A stretch of 58,268 bases of DNA, taken from the NCBI GenBank assembly GCA_016926555.1, contig JAFGOI010000002.1, forward strand, positions 1-58,268, written 5' to 3'. The stretch is from Patescibacteria group bacterium (lineage in GTDB: Bacteria > Patescibacteriota > WWE3 > UBA101185 > UBA10185). Of this stretch, positions 28,659-37,420 are shown piece by piece. A program made the position numbers and the translations under genes. The stretch's first letter is position 1; each line of letters begins with the position of its first letter. Under the pieces are notes generated by a model. That model searched no databases. It was not told where the DNA came from and was given only the letters and a program-made list of their open reading frames with translations.

Positions 28659-28729
28659 CGCAATTTTTGGCTGATAAAAGTTCCAACTAGATCCCAACTG
28701 CTCAAGCATGCTAAAATCATGATTGGCGT

Positions 28730-28804
28730 GCCAGCGTAGCTCAGTGGCAGAGCAATCCCCTTGTAAGGGATAGGTCGTGAGTTCAAATCTCACCGCTGGC
28801 TCCA
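28730..28804 (+). tRNA. tRNA-Thr(TGT)
   Basis: GCCAGCG/CGCTGGC acceptor stem, ATCCC-CTTGTAA-GGGAT anticodon arm, GTTCAAATC, encoded CCA. Confidence 0.96.
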
Positions 28805-28864
28805 AGAGAAACTGCCTAGATTAAGTTTCGAAATTAGGTAAAATACTATTACTTGAGAATTTGT

Positions 28865-28950
28865 GCCGGGATACCAAAGTGGCCAAATGGAGCGGTCTGT
28901 AAAACCGTTGGTTTATACCTTCGTAGGTTCGAATCCTACTCCCGGCACCA
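28865..28950 (+). tRNA. tRNA-Tyr(GTA)
   Basis: GCCGGGA/TCCCGGC, CTGTAAA loop, long variable arm, GTTCGAATC, CCA. Confidence 0.96.
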
Positions 28951-29111
28951 GGGAGAGTTATATTTCCAAACTGACAAATGGGCTAACTGGTGTGTTCTCA
29001 CCTTTTATTACCCGACCCTCTCTTGCAAATAGAAAATAATGGAACAAGCAAAACATCAATGATAGAATTTGGTACGTCGACAGTATTAGCTATGAAATAC
29101 GATGATACTGC

Positions 29112-29188
29112 GCCCGCTTAGCTCAGCTGGTTAGAGCGCATCCATGGTAAGGATGAGGCCGGCGGTTCGAATCCGCCAGCGGGCTCCA
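29112..29188 (+). tRNA. tRNA-Thr(GGT)
   Basis: GCCCGCT/AGCGGGC, CATCC-ATGGTAA-GGATG, GTTCGAATC, CCA. Confidence 0.96.
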
Positions 29189-29255
29189 TAGAAACTCCTT
29201 AAAAAACTACACCTAAAATGAGTCTCCAAAACTAATGATATGGTAAAATACCATA

Positions 29256-29624
29256 ATGCCAACAAATACATGGAGACATGAAAATAAGGATAAATTACAG
29301 AGTTATAGAAGAAAGTGGTACCAAAAAAACAGAAAACACGCGATAAATAAATCGAAGGAAAGAAAAAGGAATATAAGAAAATGGCTAGTAGGTTACAAAT
29401 CTCATATTAACTGTTGTGTCTGTGGGGAAACTCATCCAAGTTGCCTAGAATTCCACCACAAAGACCCTTCTAAAAAGGATCTCAACATTTCTGCAGTAAT
29501 AAATCAAGGGTGGAGTATTAGAAGAATCACTACCGAGATAAATAAATGTAGTGTATATTGTGCTAATTGCCACCGTAAACTACACTATAAAGAAACGAAG
29601 GGGCGTGGTGTAATGGTAACATAA
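29256..29624 (+). CDS. HNH endonuclease-like protein
   Basis: CCVCG....CLEFHH.DP..K and KCSVYCANCHRKLH, with a basic N-terminal helix. Confidence 0.85.
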   Translation: MPTNTWRHENKDKLQSYRRKWYQKNRKHAINKSKERKRNIRKWLVGYKSHINCCVCGETHPSCLEFHHKDPSKKDLNISAVINQGWSIRRITTEINKCSVYCANCHRKLHYKETKGRGVMVT

Positions 29625-29672
29625 CTCTCTCCAAAAGAGTCGCTGGGGGTTCGATTCCCTCCGCCCCTGCCA
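29599..29672 (+). tRNA. tRNA-Trp(CCA)
   Basis: AGGGGCG/CGCCCCT, ACTCT-CTCCAAA-AGAGT, GTTCGATTC, CCA. Confidence 0.95.
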
Positions 29673-29717
29673 AGACAAGTTATGACATGAGGGCGGGTTT
29701 TTGGGATAAGAAAAGTG

Positions 29718-30269
29718 TTATTTTTTACTTTTGTTCCAGTCCTCCTTATACTTAAGAAATATCTTTTTCATATCATCGAAACTCGTTAGTCCCATCTCGT
29801 AGGGATCCAATCCGACTGCATATATTTCGAAAAAGTCGTACACACTATTATTAACACGTATATTCTTCATATCAGGATCAACAACGTACCACCTGTTGTT
29901 CAAATATACTTCTGCAAACGCATGACCTCGGATCATACTTGCTTGTGGATCTTCTAACCACCGTTTACTCAAGGTTTCCACATATTTGGTAGGTACTCCT
30001 TTCGCCCGGGACAACGTTACAAAAACAAGAGCTGTATCTGTACAACCTGTTGAAAATTTATCAGTTATTATTTGAGAAGCCGTCCTTTTATTAAAAAGTT
30101 CAATAAATCCTTTTGTTCTATCAAAAGGTAGATTTTTATCTAGGTAATCTAAAATACCTATCAGGTACTCAAATTTATCACCTTTTATACCATCCACAAC
30201 TCCCTGAACTATAGAATCTATTTTTGTTAAATGGCCTTCATTTAGAAATTGTTTAATATCATTTTTCAT
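29718..30269 (-). CDS. Transglutaminase-like domain protein
   Basis: Cys-His-Asp triad context: GCTDTA..F..L.RAKGVP, GHAFAEV, WYVVDP. Confidence 0.85.
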   Translation of the reverse strand: MKNDIKQFLNEGHLTKIDSIVQGVVDGIKGDKFEYLIGILDYLDKNLPFDRTKGFIELFNKRTASQIITDKFSTGCTDTALVFVTLSRAKGVPTKYVETLSKRWLEDPQASMIRGHAFAEVYLNNRWYVVDPDMKNIRVNNSVYDFFEIYAVGLDPYEMGLTSFDDMKKIFLKYKEDWNKSKK

Positions 30270-30453
30270 ATGATTAAATATAACATGGAGTTTATAATAA
30301 CAAGTTTAAGCTTCATTTCTCGGTATGGATTATATCGTATTTTTAACTCGAAAATAGACTAGGAACAACCACATCAGTATGCATATAGTAGTTACTCACA
30401 TATTCAACTACTGCCTGCCATAAAAATAATATTTAAACACTTGAGAGGAAACA

Positions 30454-30482
30454 TTGACAAATGTTTAAACCTGATATATGAT
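30454..30482 (+). promoter_or_regulatory. Sigma70-type promoter of the TA operon with palindrome GTTTAAAC in the spacer
   Basis: TTGACA-N17-TATGAT, 6 nt before ATG 30489. Confidence 0.75.
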
Positions 30483-30488
30483 CTCGAC

Positions 30489-30752
30489 ATGATTCAAAAA
30501 GCATTCAAAATTGGCAATAGCACAGCCGTAACGATACCAAAAAAAACAAACATAAAACCAGGAACTAAGTTAAAAGTCTCCAAAGTCACAAAAAAACAGC
30601 TCGTGTACGATATCCTCGAAGAAAACACCACCGAGATTGAAAACTACATCAGGGACGTCAGTGGCGGGTTTGATCTAAGTGACAAAATCAATCAAGAGGA
30701 CCTAATGAAGCAAATTACGTACCTAGAAAAACATCCATATGAGAAACTGTAG
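30489..30752 (+). CDS. AbrB/MazE-type antitoxin
   Basis: MIQKAFKIGNSTAVTIPK...IKPGT. Overlaps the PIN gene start. Confidence 0.8.
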   Translation: MIQKAFKIGNSTAVTIPKKTNIKPGTKLKVSKVTKKQLVYDILEENTTEIENYIRDVSGGFDLSDKINQEDLMKQITYLEKHPYEKL

Positions 30753-31167
30753 AATTTTCTTGGATACAAACTTTCTTATTGCGTCCCAACTAAAAAAACA
30801 TATTTTCCACGAAAAAGCTAAAAACGTATTAGAACAAATGTATTTAGAAAACAGCCACCCGGTAACACACAGTATAGTCTTTGACGAATTCTGGTATGTG
30901 CTAAAAGGAATAGAAAACAGTAAATCAAGTGTATATAAAAAAATGAAGCTAGTGACAGAAAAAGTATTCATGTTTAAGAATTTTTGCCTCTTACAAACAA
31001 GTCTCAATCAAACTGAACTTATAGATACACTAGATCTAGCTGAAAAGTACAAGTTACGCCCAAGAGATGCCATAATAGCGGAGATTATGAAAAAGGAGGA
31101 CATACATCGTATAGCCAGTTTCGATAGTGACTTTAAAAAAATCCCAGCTTTAAAAGTCATCCACTAA
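30739..31167 (+). CDS. PIN-domain (VapC-like) toxin
   Basis: IFLDTNFL, VFDEF, PRDAII, IASFDSDF acidic tetrad. Confidence 0.88.
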   Translation: MRNCRIFLDTNFLIASQLKKHIFHEKAKNVLEQMYLENSHPVTHSIVFDEFWYVLKGIENSKSSVYKKMKLVTEKVFMFKNFCLLQTSLNQTELIDTLDLAEKYKLRPRDAIIAEIMKKEDIHRIASFDSDFKKIPALKVIH

Positions 31168-31327
31168 TCCTATTCAACTTCCTAAAAATTCACCCGAGTA
31201 TGCATCATTGGGTCTTAACCTATTAAGTGATAAAGAAGAAAATGAACTTAAAGAAGCTATGACATACTGGGATGATAACAGCACCTTAACAAACTCTACA
31301 ATAAATTATTATGAAAATAGACTTTAA

Positions 31328-34300
31328 TCACTCAACAACTTCAATCAAACCCCCACTAGTATTAGCTCGAATATCCGGAGAATATCTTTCATAAACCTGC
31401 GCCGGTCTAAGCTTATATGTACCGGGCACAGTCGCTCTTACAACATAAGTGTATTCATATAAACCTTTGTTAATATAGTTTATATACATCTCGGTTTTAC
31501 TATCCTCCATCTGAAGATTCGAGATCCACAAATGGTTCGCATCAGAAGTCTGTTCTGATACCTGTGCCATTCGTACATCATTCAAACTTGACTCATTTTT
31601 AAGTGTTCCATTTACTGATTCCATACCTCCAGGCAAGAAATCCTCAAGGAGCAAATTCCTTCTTAAATTAGGAGATGCTAACGTAAGTCTGACAATATAT
31701 GTCTCACCTACTTTAAATTGCTTTCCATCCAGAACATTACCGTCAAAATCTAAGAATTCTCTTTCCAATGCAATCTCATTGGATTTAGGTTCAACATTTT
31801 CAAACGGCATAAGTGTCTTTAATACAAAATTGTAGTAACTATCCCCGCCTTTGACCAACTTAAACTGCAGTTTGTTGCTGCCTTCGGCTAACTCACTTAC
31901 TGGAATAAAATGCTCGAATTTAGAATTTACATCTTCCTTTTTTACTTCTCCTTCCGCAACTACATTATCATTAACTAATAACTCAACTTTTGTATCTCGA
32001 GATTTGATACCCTTCTCTAGCACATTTTCATACAATGACACTGACATCAATCTTCGAACAAAGTTTGTGTAATATGAGTTTGGAGTTTTCTGAGTTATGT
32101 GTCCTACAGCCAAAGATGCTAAAGGACTTTTCGGATCAAGCTTATTTATTGCCCTTAAAACGGCTGATGTAACCGCAACATCGTGCTGTACAAACCAGTA
32201 GCCGTCTGGGCTATTCCAAAATACTCTCTGACTGCCTAAATCGGCTTTTTCACCTAGTTCGGCCAACAACTGTGATTGAAATTTGCCCCATTTTGACTTA
32301 TTTTCCCACATAGCTAATATAAGGTACGCTTTACTATAATCGGAGAGGCTGTGTCTCATGGAATACATGCTCTGTAGTCTTCCGGTCTGATCTGAACCGC
32401 TCATTTCCAGTACATACAATATATAAGACAATTCATCCGTTCTTATTGAGGTTTGAGAATTTATCGCGTTTTGGACATAGTTCACACCTTGATTAACAAC
32501 ATCCAGATCAACCGCAAATCCGGCCCTTTCAGCTTCTAAAAGAGCCTCCAAAGCAATTGTAGTGTTATACACATCACTTCCATCACTATCTTTCCAATAA
32601 CCCCATCCACCATCCATAAGTTGCAGATTAACAAGATTTCTAATATCAGATTCTACTACAGATTTAGAATATGTATCCTCTTGGTCAAACTGCTTCAGCT
32701 GATACTTATACTTATAAACTAACGCCATCATCCTGCTTGATACATTTTCTGTCATTTGATTATTGGTTTTAGCAGTTAGCTGATTTACACTATCATCCGC
32801 TACTCCAATAAACGTTCCGTAGAGCTCGGCATTTAAGCCCCCATAATTTTTATTAACACTTGGGTCTACATACATCTCCTCGACCATTTCGTAATTCACT
32901 ACATTTGAAACACTATCAACTATTTCCAAACCATAAGGTAATATCGGGATCTGTTTTTTGACTGCATCAACAGGCACCCCGTTGTTTGCTAACTTAAATA
33001 GAAATTCCGCTGTTCCCTCATCTTCGGCTTGGACCTTAAATTCTAACTTCTCCTGGCTCCCCGCTCTTACGTTGACATTCTGCGACACTTCTCCGGATAG
33101 AAGTTTTAAACCATTCACTTCTAACGCAACTTGAACTGACTTATTCTCTTTGGTGTTGTTATGAACAACTACCGCCATATCAAATTCGTCCTCTACTCGC
33201 GCAAAACGCGGGTTCGCGGGTGAACCGAACAGATCCATAGAGGATCCAAATGTCGAGTACCCTTGACCAAACTTTTCACCTGAAGCATCCTGAGCCACGG
33301 CAAAAAGATTCCACCTTGTTGTTGAATCCGGAAGCGTGAACTGCACCTCCGCCATTCCAGAAGAATCAGTTTTTACGGATGCAACCCATAACACCGTCTC
33401 CGAAAAATCCTCTCTTGTCAAATCAATATATTCCCCACCGGCGCCTCCCTTACTGCCAGAGCCACCTTTTGCACCTATTTCAGTATTTGCGTTTACCCTA
33501 TCCAATGACTCTGTCAAACTATGAAGAGTTCTCACCCCCAGATACCTCTGTGTATAAAACTGGGAAAACGCGTCCTCACGTTTAATAGGGCTCATTGTCA
33601 CTAGTGCATCATCAACTAGACCAACCGTAACACTCGCGTTTGAAACCAGATTGCCGTTTTTATCCTTCACAAATATCTTCGCTGTACCTACATCTTTCGG
33701 ATTATATTTATCTTCTGTGGTACTAACATTAACTTCTAGTTTTCTTTCAGAAATATCCACATTCAATTTTGCTAACCCCATTCTGAACTCCGCCGGCTCG
33801 TAGACACTTTTCCCGGGCTCAAAGAACAACGCAGACACGTAAACATTCGGCGCGTATTCATCTTTGATATCCAATTTCAGTACTTCGCTGCTGTGATCCT
33901 GTTTGAATACTTTATAGTCGATAATCCCCTCAGCCTCTGTTGTCAAAAGGCCCACTGTATCTTCCAATGTAGAAGTGGCCACGATTGTCGCAGTATCGCC
34001 CACTGAATATTCTTCCTTGTCCGTATGAAGCTCTACCCGATCATGATTTTCTCTCCTCCAGTAACCGGAAGAGCTACTTGACCCAACATACAATTGTGTA
34101 TCCGCTGTTGAAATATTCCCTCTACGGTCCTTGCTTTTTACAACTATAATATGCAAACCTCCCTCCCTTGGAGTAAATTCAAAGTCAGCATGTCCTTCAC
34201 CATCTGTTTCCACTTTTCCGGAATCTACTAATATATCTTCAAAAGAGACTTTATAGTAGTATTCTCCATCGCTCTCTTTATTTTTCACTCTATAATATTT

Positions 34301-37300
34301 TCTTTTATAGACTTCATATTCAACATCAACTCCCGGGACTGCTCCGTAATTTGGGTTAAGTGTTTTAACTTCAAACCCAGACTCCTCGTCCATCATGCCA
34401 ATGTATGACTTTGCTTTTATGCCAGTATAGTGCTCAGCCATGTGAACCACATACTCATTACTTCCTGTAAGTTTTCTTCCGCTTTCAGCCTTCACATCTG
34501 TTTCAAATGTATATATTTCGCTAACCCCACTCTGCGTAGAGGTACTTGGACGTACCGTAACCAAACCTTCATTATTTATCACACCACTAGACTCAAGTAC
34601 CTCCTCCTCCTCAAATCCTCGCCAGATGTCGTCATCTTCGTAATATCTCAACGTAGAATAAAAGTTAAAACGGCGATCCTTTTCCCATCTGAATATGTAA
34701 TTTCGTTTATAAAGTCTATAATCCGCTTCTGCGTTAGCAACGGGGGCACCATAAAAGTATCTTGCTAAGGCATTAAGTTGAATAGAATCACCTCGTATGA
34801 CATTATCATCGGGCACTTCCGCGACTATTTCAAACTCGGGAACAACATACTCCTGCACACTAAATATCGCCGAGTAGTATTCTCTACCCTCTAGACTAAC
34901 ACTAACCTTGTAATTTCCAAGTTTAATGTTATCCGGGAGTACAAAGGAACCATCAATTTGCCCATCAACAACGTTTGTGAACTCTTTTGATTGCATACTC
35001 TTTTTCTCGTAATCATATTGACCCATCAGTTGAATAATTACCGGGACGTTTGGATCTACATATGAAAGTGTATGAAGATCATTATTGCGTATAAATGCTT
35101 TATAGTGCACTTCATCTCCCGGCCTATACAGGGTCCTGTCAGTAAAGGAAAAAGCCTTATACTTTACTGGACCATTTATGGAGACTTCATACGAGTAATC
35201 TACATTCTGAAATTCATATGGCTGTATTCCCATGTACCAATCACTAAATAAAACACCGACATCGTCACCTTTTTGAACCAGCACTAGATAGGGATCGTTG
35301 CTGGTAGAGAGATTACTATTGTTATCAAGATACACCCCATCACTATTCGTTTTACCTGTTTGGACAGGGGCATCTTGCCGCAAAATCGGAGTATTTAAAT
35401 CTCTCGGATAAGCTTTTAATTTATAGACTTTAACATCATAATCGCTTTTTACATCCCTACTTTCTAAGCTAGTTGACCAAACCAACAAACTATCATGGGA
35501 AATTTTAGACATCACCGAAACATCACCAACAGCAAACGCAATATTATCGTGTACATTTGTCACAGGTCGTATACCTTCTACTACCGTAACATTAAGAAAG
35601 TAAAAACCTTTCGGGAGATCATAATCCACATCTCTATTAAAGTTGAAGAGTACATCCGTATGAACATTTGTCTCCAAATCGAGACCTAAATCACTACTCG
35701 CAACTTTTGTGTAGCCCAAAGATTCAGCCTGTGTATCATCAATCTTATCCCAGGCATATCTGTCTAAATTGTATAGAGAAATAAACTGTTCGAGATTTAT
35801 TTTATAAAGACTGTACCTTAATTTGGACACATTTACTGCTCTGCCAACAAACCTAGTGTCAATATTTGACGCAAAGGTTGAAAAGTATTTACCCGACGGA
35901 AACAAACTAAATGAGGGGCTATACGGAGCAGTAGTAAATTTAATTCTTATATCTTGACCTATGGACCTGCCAAATTTATCTTTGGTGGAGCCCGGCAAAA
36001 AGAACTCATAATCAATCGATCGGGATAGATACCTATTGTAACTCACCGTCTTTTCACCACTATATACACTTATAAAATAATCACTCTTACTACCTTCACC
36101 TGGATTCACAACAATATTTCTCTCAATTTCTTCTCTGTCCATTGGAGATCTGAACATCAATTCCAAACGCCTGTTTTCATCGACATCGACCTCACCATTT
36201 GTAATCGTAGATGAGATAAAACCGGGAAGATCAGCCGTCCAATAGGACATCGCTATTCCTGCCTCAGCCGTAGCGTTCCCGATAGCACTCGCAAAACCCG
36301 GAGTTAGACTTGCTGAATATTGCGTCAGCGGTTTGAGGGTTACAGCAGGATAAAACTTCACCTTCTGCTTCCAGTTCTCTTCCCATTCATTGTAGTAGTA
36401 TGTTTTATTGTCATCCTCTGTCCTATCTTCGAACACAGCTCGTGTTGGAACTACTGCTCCCGTCGAAGTTTCCTGCAACTCAAACTTATCAATGACATCC
36501 TGGCGATCCACTTGCTGATTAAAGTACACCGTAACGGGTCCCTTTGGATCTTTGTCTAACTGATTACCACTCACATAATAACCAGCTAAACTCTCTCCGG
36601 CTTCCATGGAATAAGCTACAGGAGCATAATTTACAAAGCTGAACTTATATCCCTTTTCTAGAACTCCACCATCCAATGCCTCCAAATCCCGAATCAATTC
36701 CACCTCATATCTTTGTCCCATAAGCAGGTTTCGCGGTTTAACAACATAAGTATTACTACCAACCCACTTTCTCACACCTTCAACTTGTGGCGTGATGGAC
36801 AATATTTCCTCCTCGACTCTCCTAACAGACTTATTAAACATAATCACAATATTTTTAACAGGTTCCGCAATATTCCCCGTTGGCGCGGCAAACGCAACTG
36901 ATGGAGATGACAGGGTTGTAAATTTAAGAGTGAAATCGTTCTTAAGTTTGATCAGGTTTTTCGCTCTCGCTTGTCTTCCTACTTTCACATGGAATGTCAT
37001 ATCCCTCTCGAAATCCTGATCAGGATCAAAGGTCACCGTATTTCCATCCCACGTAAATTTACCGGTAACATTGGGCTCAATTGAGAAGACACTTTCAACG
37101 CTTGAAGTATTCATGGACCGGGAGAAAGAAATACTGATTACTGAATCTAGAGATACTTCGACATCATTTGTCATAGGGGCTGAGAAGACGACTTTGGGAC
37201 GTTCCAAAACTTTATTTATAAAGTTAACAGTTATGTTTTGTACCCAAAAAATTCCAACAACAACTACAATAGATAATAGTATTCTAGGATTCCGCAGAAC

Positions 37301-37420
37301 GGACAACGAAATCTGACGACTCTTTTCCAATAATATTGAGATTAGCGTCTTTAAAGTGCGCCTCAACGGTGTGAGAGCCTTTTGAAGGAGACCATAGATA
37401 TTTGAAAGCATCCTTTTCAT
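31328..37420 (-). CDS. Bacterial alpha-2-macroglobulin family protein with N-terminal TM and Ig-like (SbsA/Big_5-like) domains
   Basis: TDRTLYRPGD, V.EYVVPEF, REDFSETVLW, LPDSTTRW, QLMDGGWGYW, VRATVPGTY..RPA....Y.P. Start uncertain (37444, 37420 or 37411). Confidence 0.9.
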   Translation of the reverse strand: MKRMLSNIYGLLQKALTPLRRTLKTLISILLEKSRQISLSVLRNPRILLSIVVVVGIFWVQNITVNFINKVLERPKVVFSAPMTNDVEVSLDSVISISFSRSMNTSSVESVFSIEPNVTGKFTWDGNTVTFDPDQDFERDMTFHVKVGRQARAKNLIKLKNDFTLKFTTLSSPSVAFAAPTGNIAEPVKNIVIMFNKSVRRVEEEILSITPQVEGVRKWVGSNTYVVKPRNLLMGQRYEVELIRDLEALDGGVLEKGYKFSFVNYAPVAYSMEAGESLAGYYVSGNQLDKDPKGPVTVYFNQQVDRQDVIDKFELQETSTGAVVPTRAVFEDRTEDDNKTYYYNEWEENWKQKVKFYPAVTLKPLTQYSASLTPGFASAIGNATAEAGIAMSYWTADLPGFISSTITNGEVDVDENRRLELMFRSPMDREEIERNIVVNPGEGSKSDYFISVYSGEKTVSYNRYLSRSIDYEFFLPGSTKDKFGRSIGQDIRIKFTTAPYSPSFSLFPSGKYFSTFASNIDTRFVGRAVNVSKLRYSLYKINLEQFISLYNLDRYAWDKIDDTQAESLGYTKVASSDLGLDLETNVHTDVLFNFNRDVDYDLPKGFYFLNVTVVEGIRPVTNVHDNIAFAVGDVSVMSKISHDSLLVWSTSLESRDVKSDYDVKVYKLKAYPRDLNTPILRQDAPVQTGKTNSDGVYLDNNSNLSTSNDPYLVLVQKGDDVGVLFSDWYMGIQPYEFQNVDYSYEVSINGPVKYKAFSFTDRTLYRPGDEVHYKAFIRNNDLHTLSYVDPNVPVIIQLMGQYDYEKKSMQSKEFTNVVDGQIDGSFVLPDNIKLGNYKVSVSLEGREYYSAIFSVQEYVVPEFEIVAEVPDDNVIRGDSIQLNALARYFYGAPVANAEADYRLYKRNYIFRWEKDRRFNFYSTLRYYEDDDIWRGFEEEEVLESSGVINNEGLVTVRPSTSTQSGVSEIYTFETDVKAESGRKLTGSNEYVVHMAEHYTGIKAKSYIGMMDEESGFEVKTLNPNYGAVPGVDVEYEVYKRKYYRVKNKESDGEYYYKVSFEDILVDSGKVETDGEGHADFEFTPREGGLHIIVVKSKDRRGNISTADTQLYVGSSSSSGYWRRENHDRVELHTDKEEYSVGDTATIVATSTLEDTVGLLTTEAEGIIDYKVFKQDHSSEVLKLDIKDEYAPNVYVSALFFEPGKSVYEPAEFRMGLAKLNVDISERKLEVNVSTTEDKYNPKDVGTAKIFVKDKNGNLVSNASVTVGLVDDALVTMSPIKREDAFSQFYTQRYLGVRTLHSLTESLDRVNANTEIGAKGGSGSKGGAGGEYIDLTREDFSETVLWVASVKTDSSGMAEVQFTLPDSTTRWNLFAVAQDASGEKFGQGYSTFGSSMDLFGSPANPRFARVEDEFDMAVVVHNNTKENKSVQVALEVNGLKLLSGEVSQNVNVRAGSQEKLEFKVQAEDEGTAEFLFKLANNGVPVDAVKKQIPILPYGLEIVDSVSNVVNYEMVEEMYVDPSVNKNYGGLNAELYGTFIGVADDSVNQLTAKTNNQMTENVSSRMMALVYKYKYQLKQFDQEDTYSKSVVESDIRNLVNLQLMDGGWGYWKDSDGSDVYNTTIALEALLEAERAGFAVDLDVVNQGVNYVQNAINSQTSIRTDELSYILYVLEMSGSDQTGRLQSMYSMRHSLSDYSKAYLILAMWENKSKWGKFQSQLLAELGEKADLGSQRVFWNSPDGYWFVQHDVAVTSAVLRAINKLDPKSPLASLAVGHITQKTPNSYYTNFVRRLMSVSLYENVLEKGIKSRDTKVELLVNDNVVAEGEVKKEDVNSKFEHFIPVSELAEGSNKLQFKLVKGGDSYYNFVLKTLMPFENVEPKSNEIALEREFLDFDGNVLDGKQFKVGETYIVRLTLASPNLRRNLLLEDFLPGGMESVNGTLKNESSLNDVRMAQVSEQTSDANHLWISNLQMEDSKTEMYINYINKGLYEYTYVVRATVPGTYKLRPAQVYERYSPDIRANTSGGLIEVVE

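Noticed and set aside
28614-28805. 63-aa minus-strand ORF
   Set aside because: It is the antisense of tRNA-Thr(TGT).
28951-29111. Hidden tRNA-Gly in the Tyr-Thr spacer
   Set aside because: No T-loop GTTCRA or acceptor stem could be found.
31168-31327. Possible gene fragment after the PIN toxin (…KEENELKEAMTYWDDN…)
   Set aside because: No start context or recognisable motif, and too short to support.
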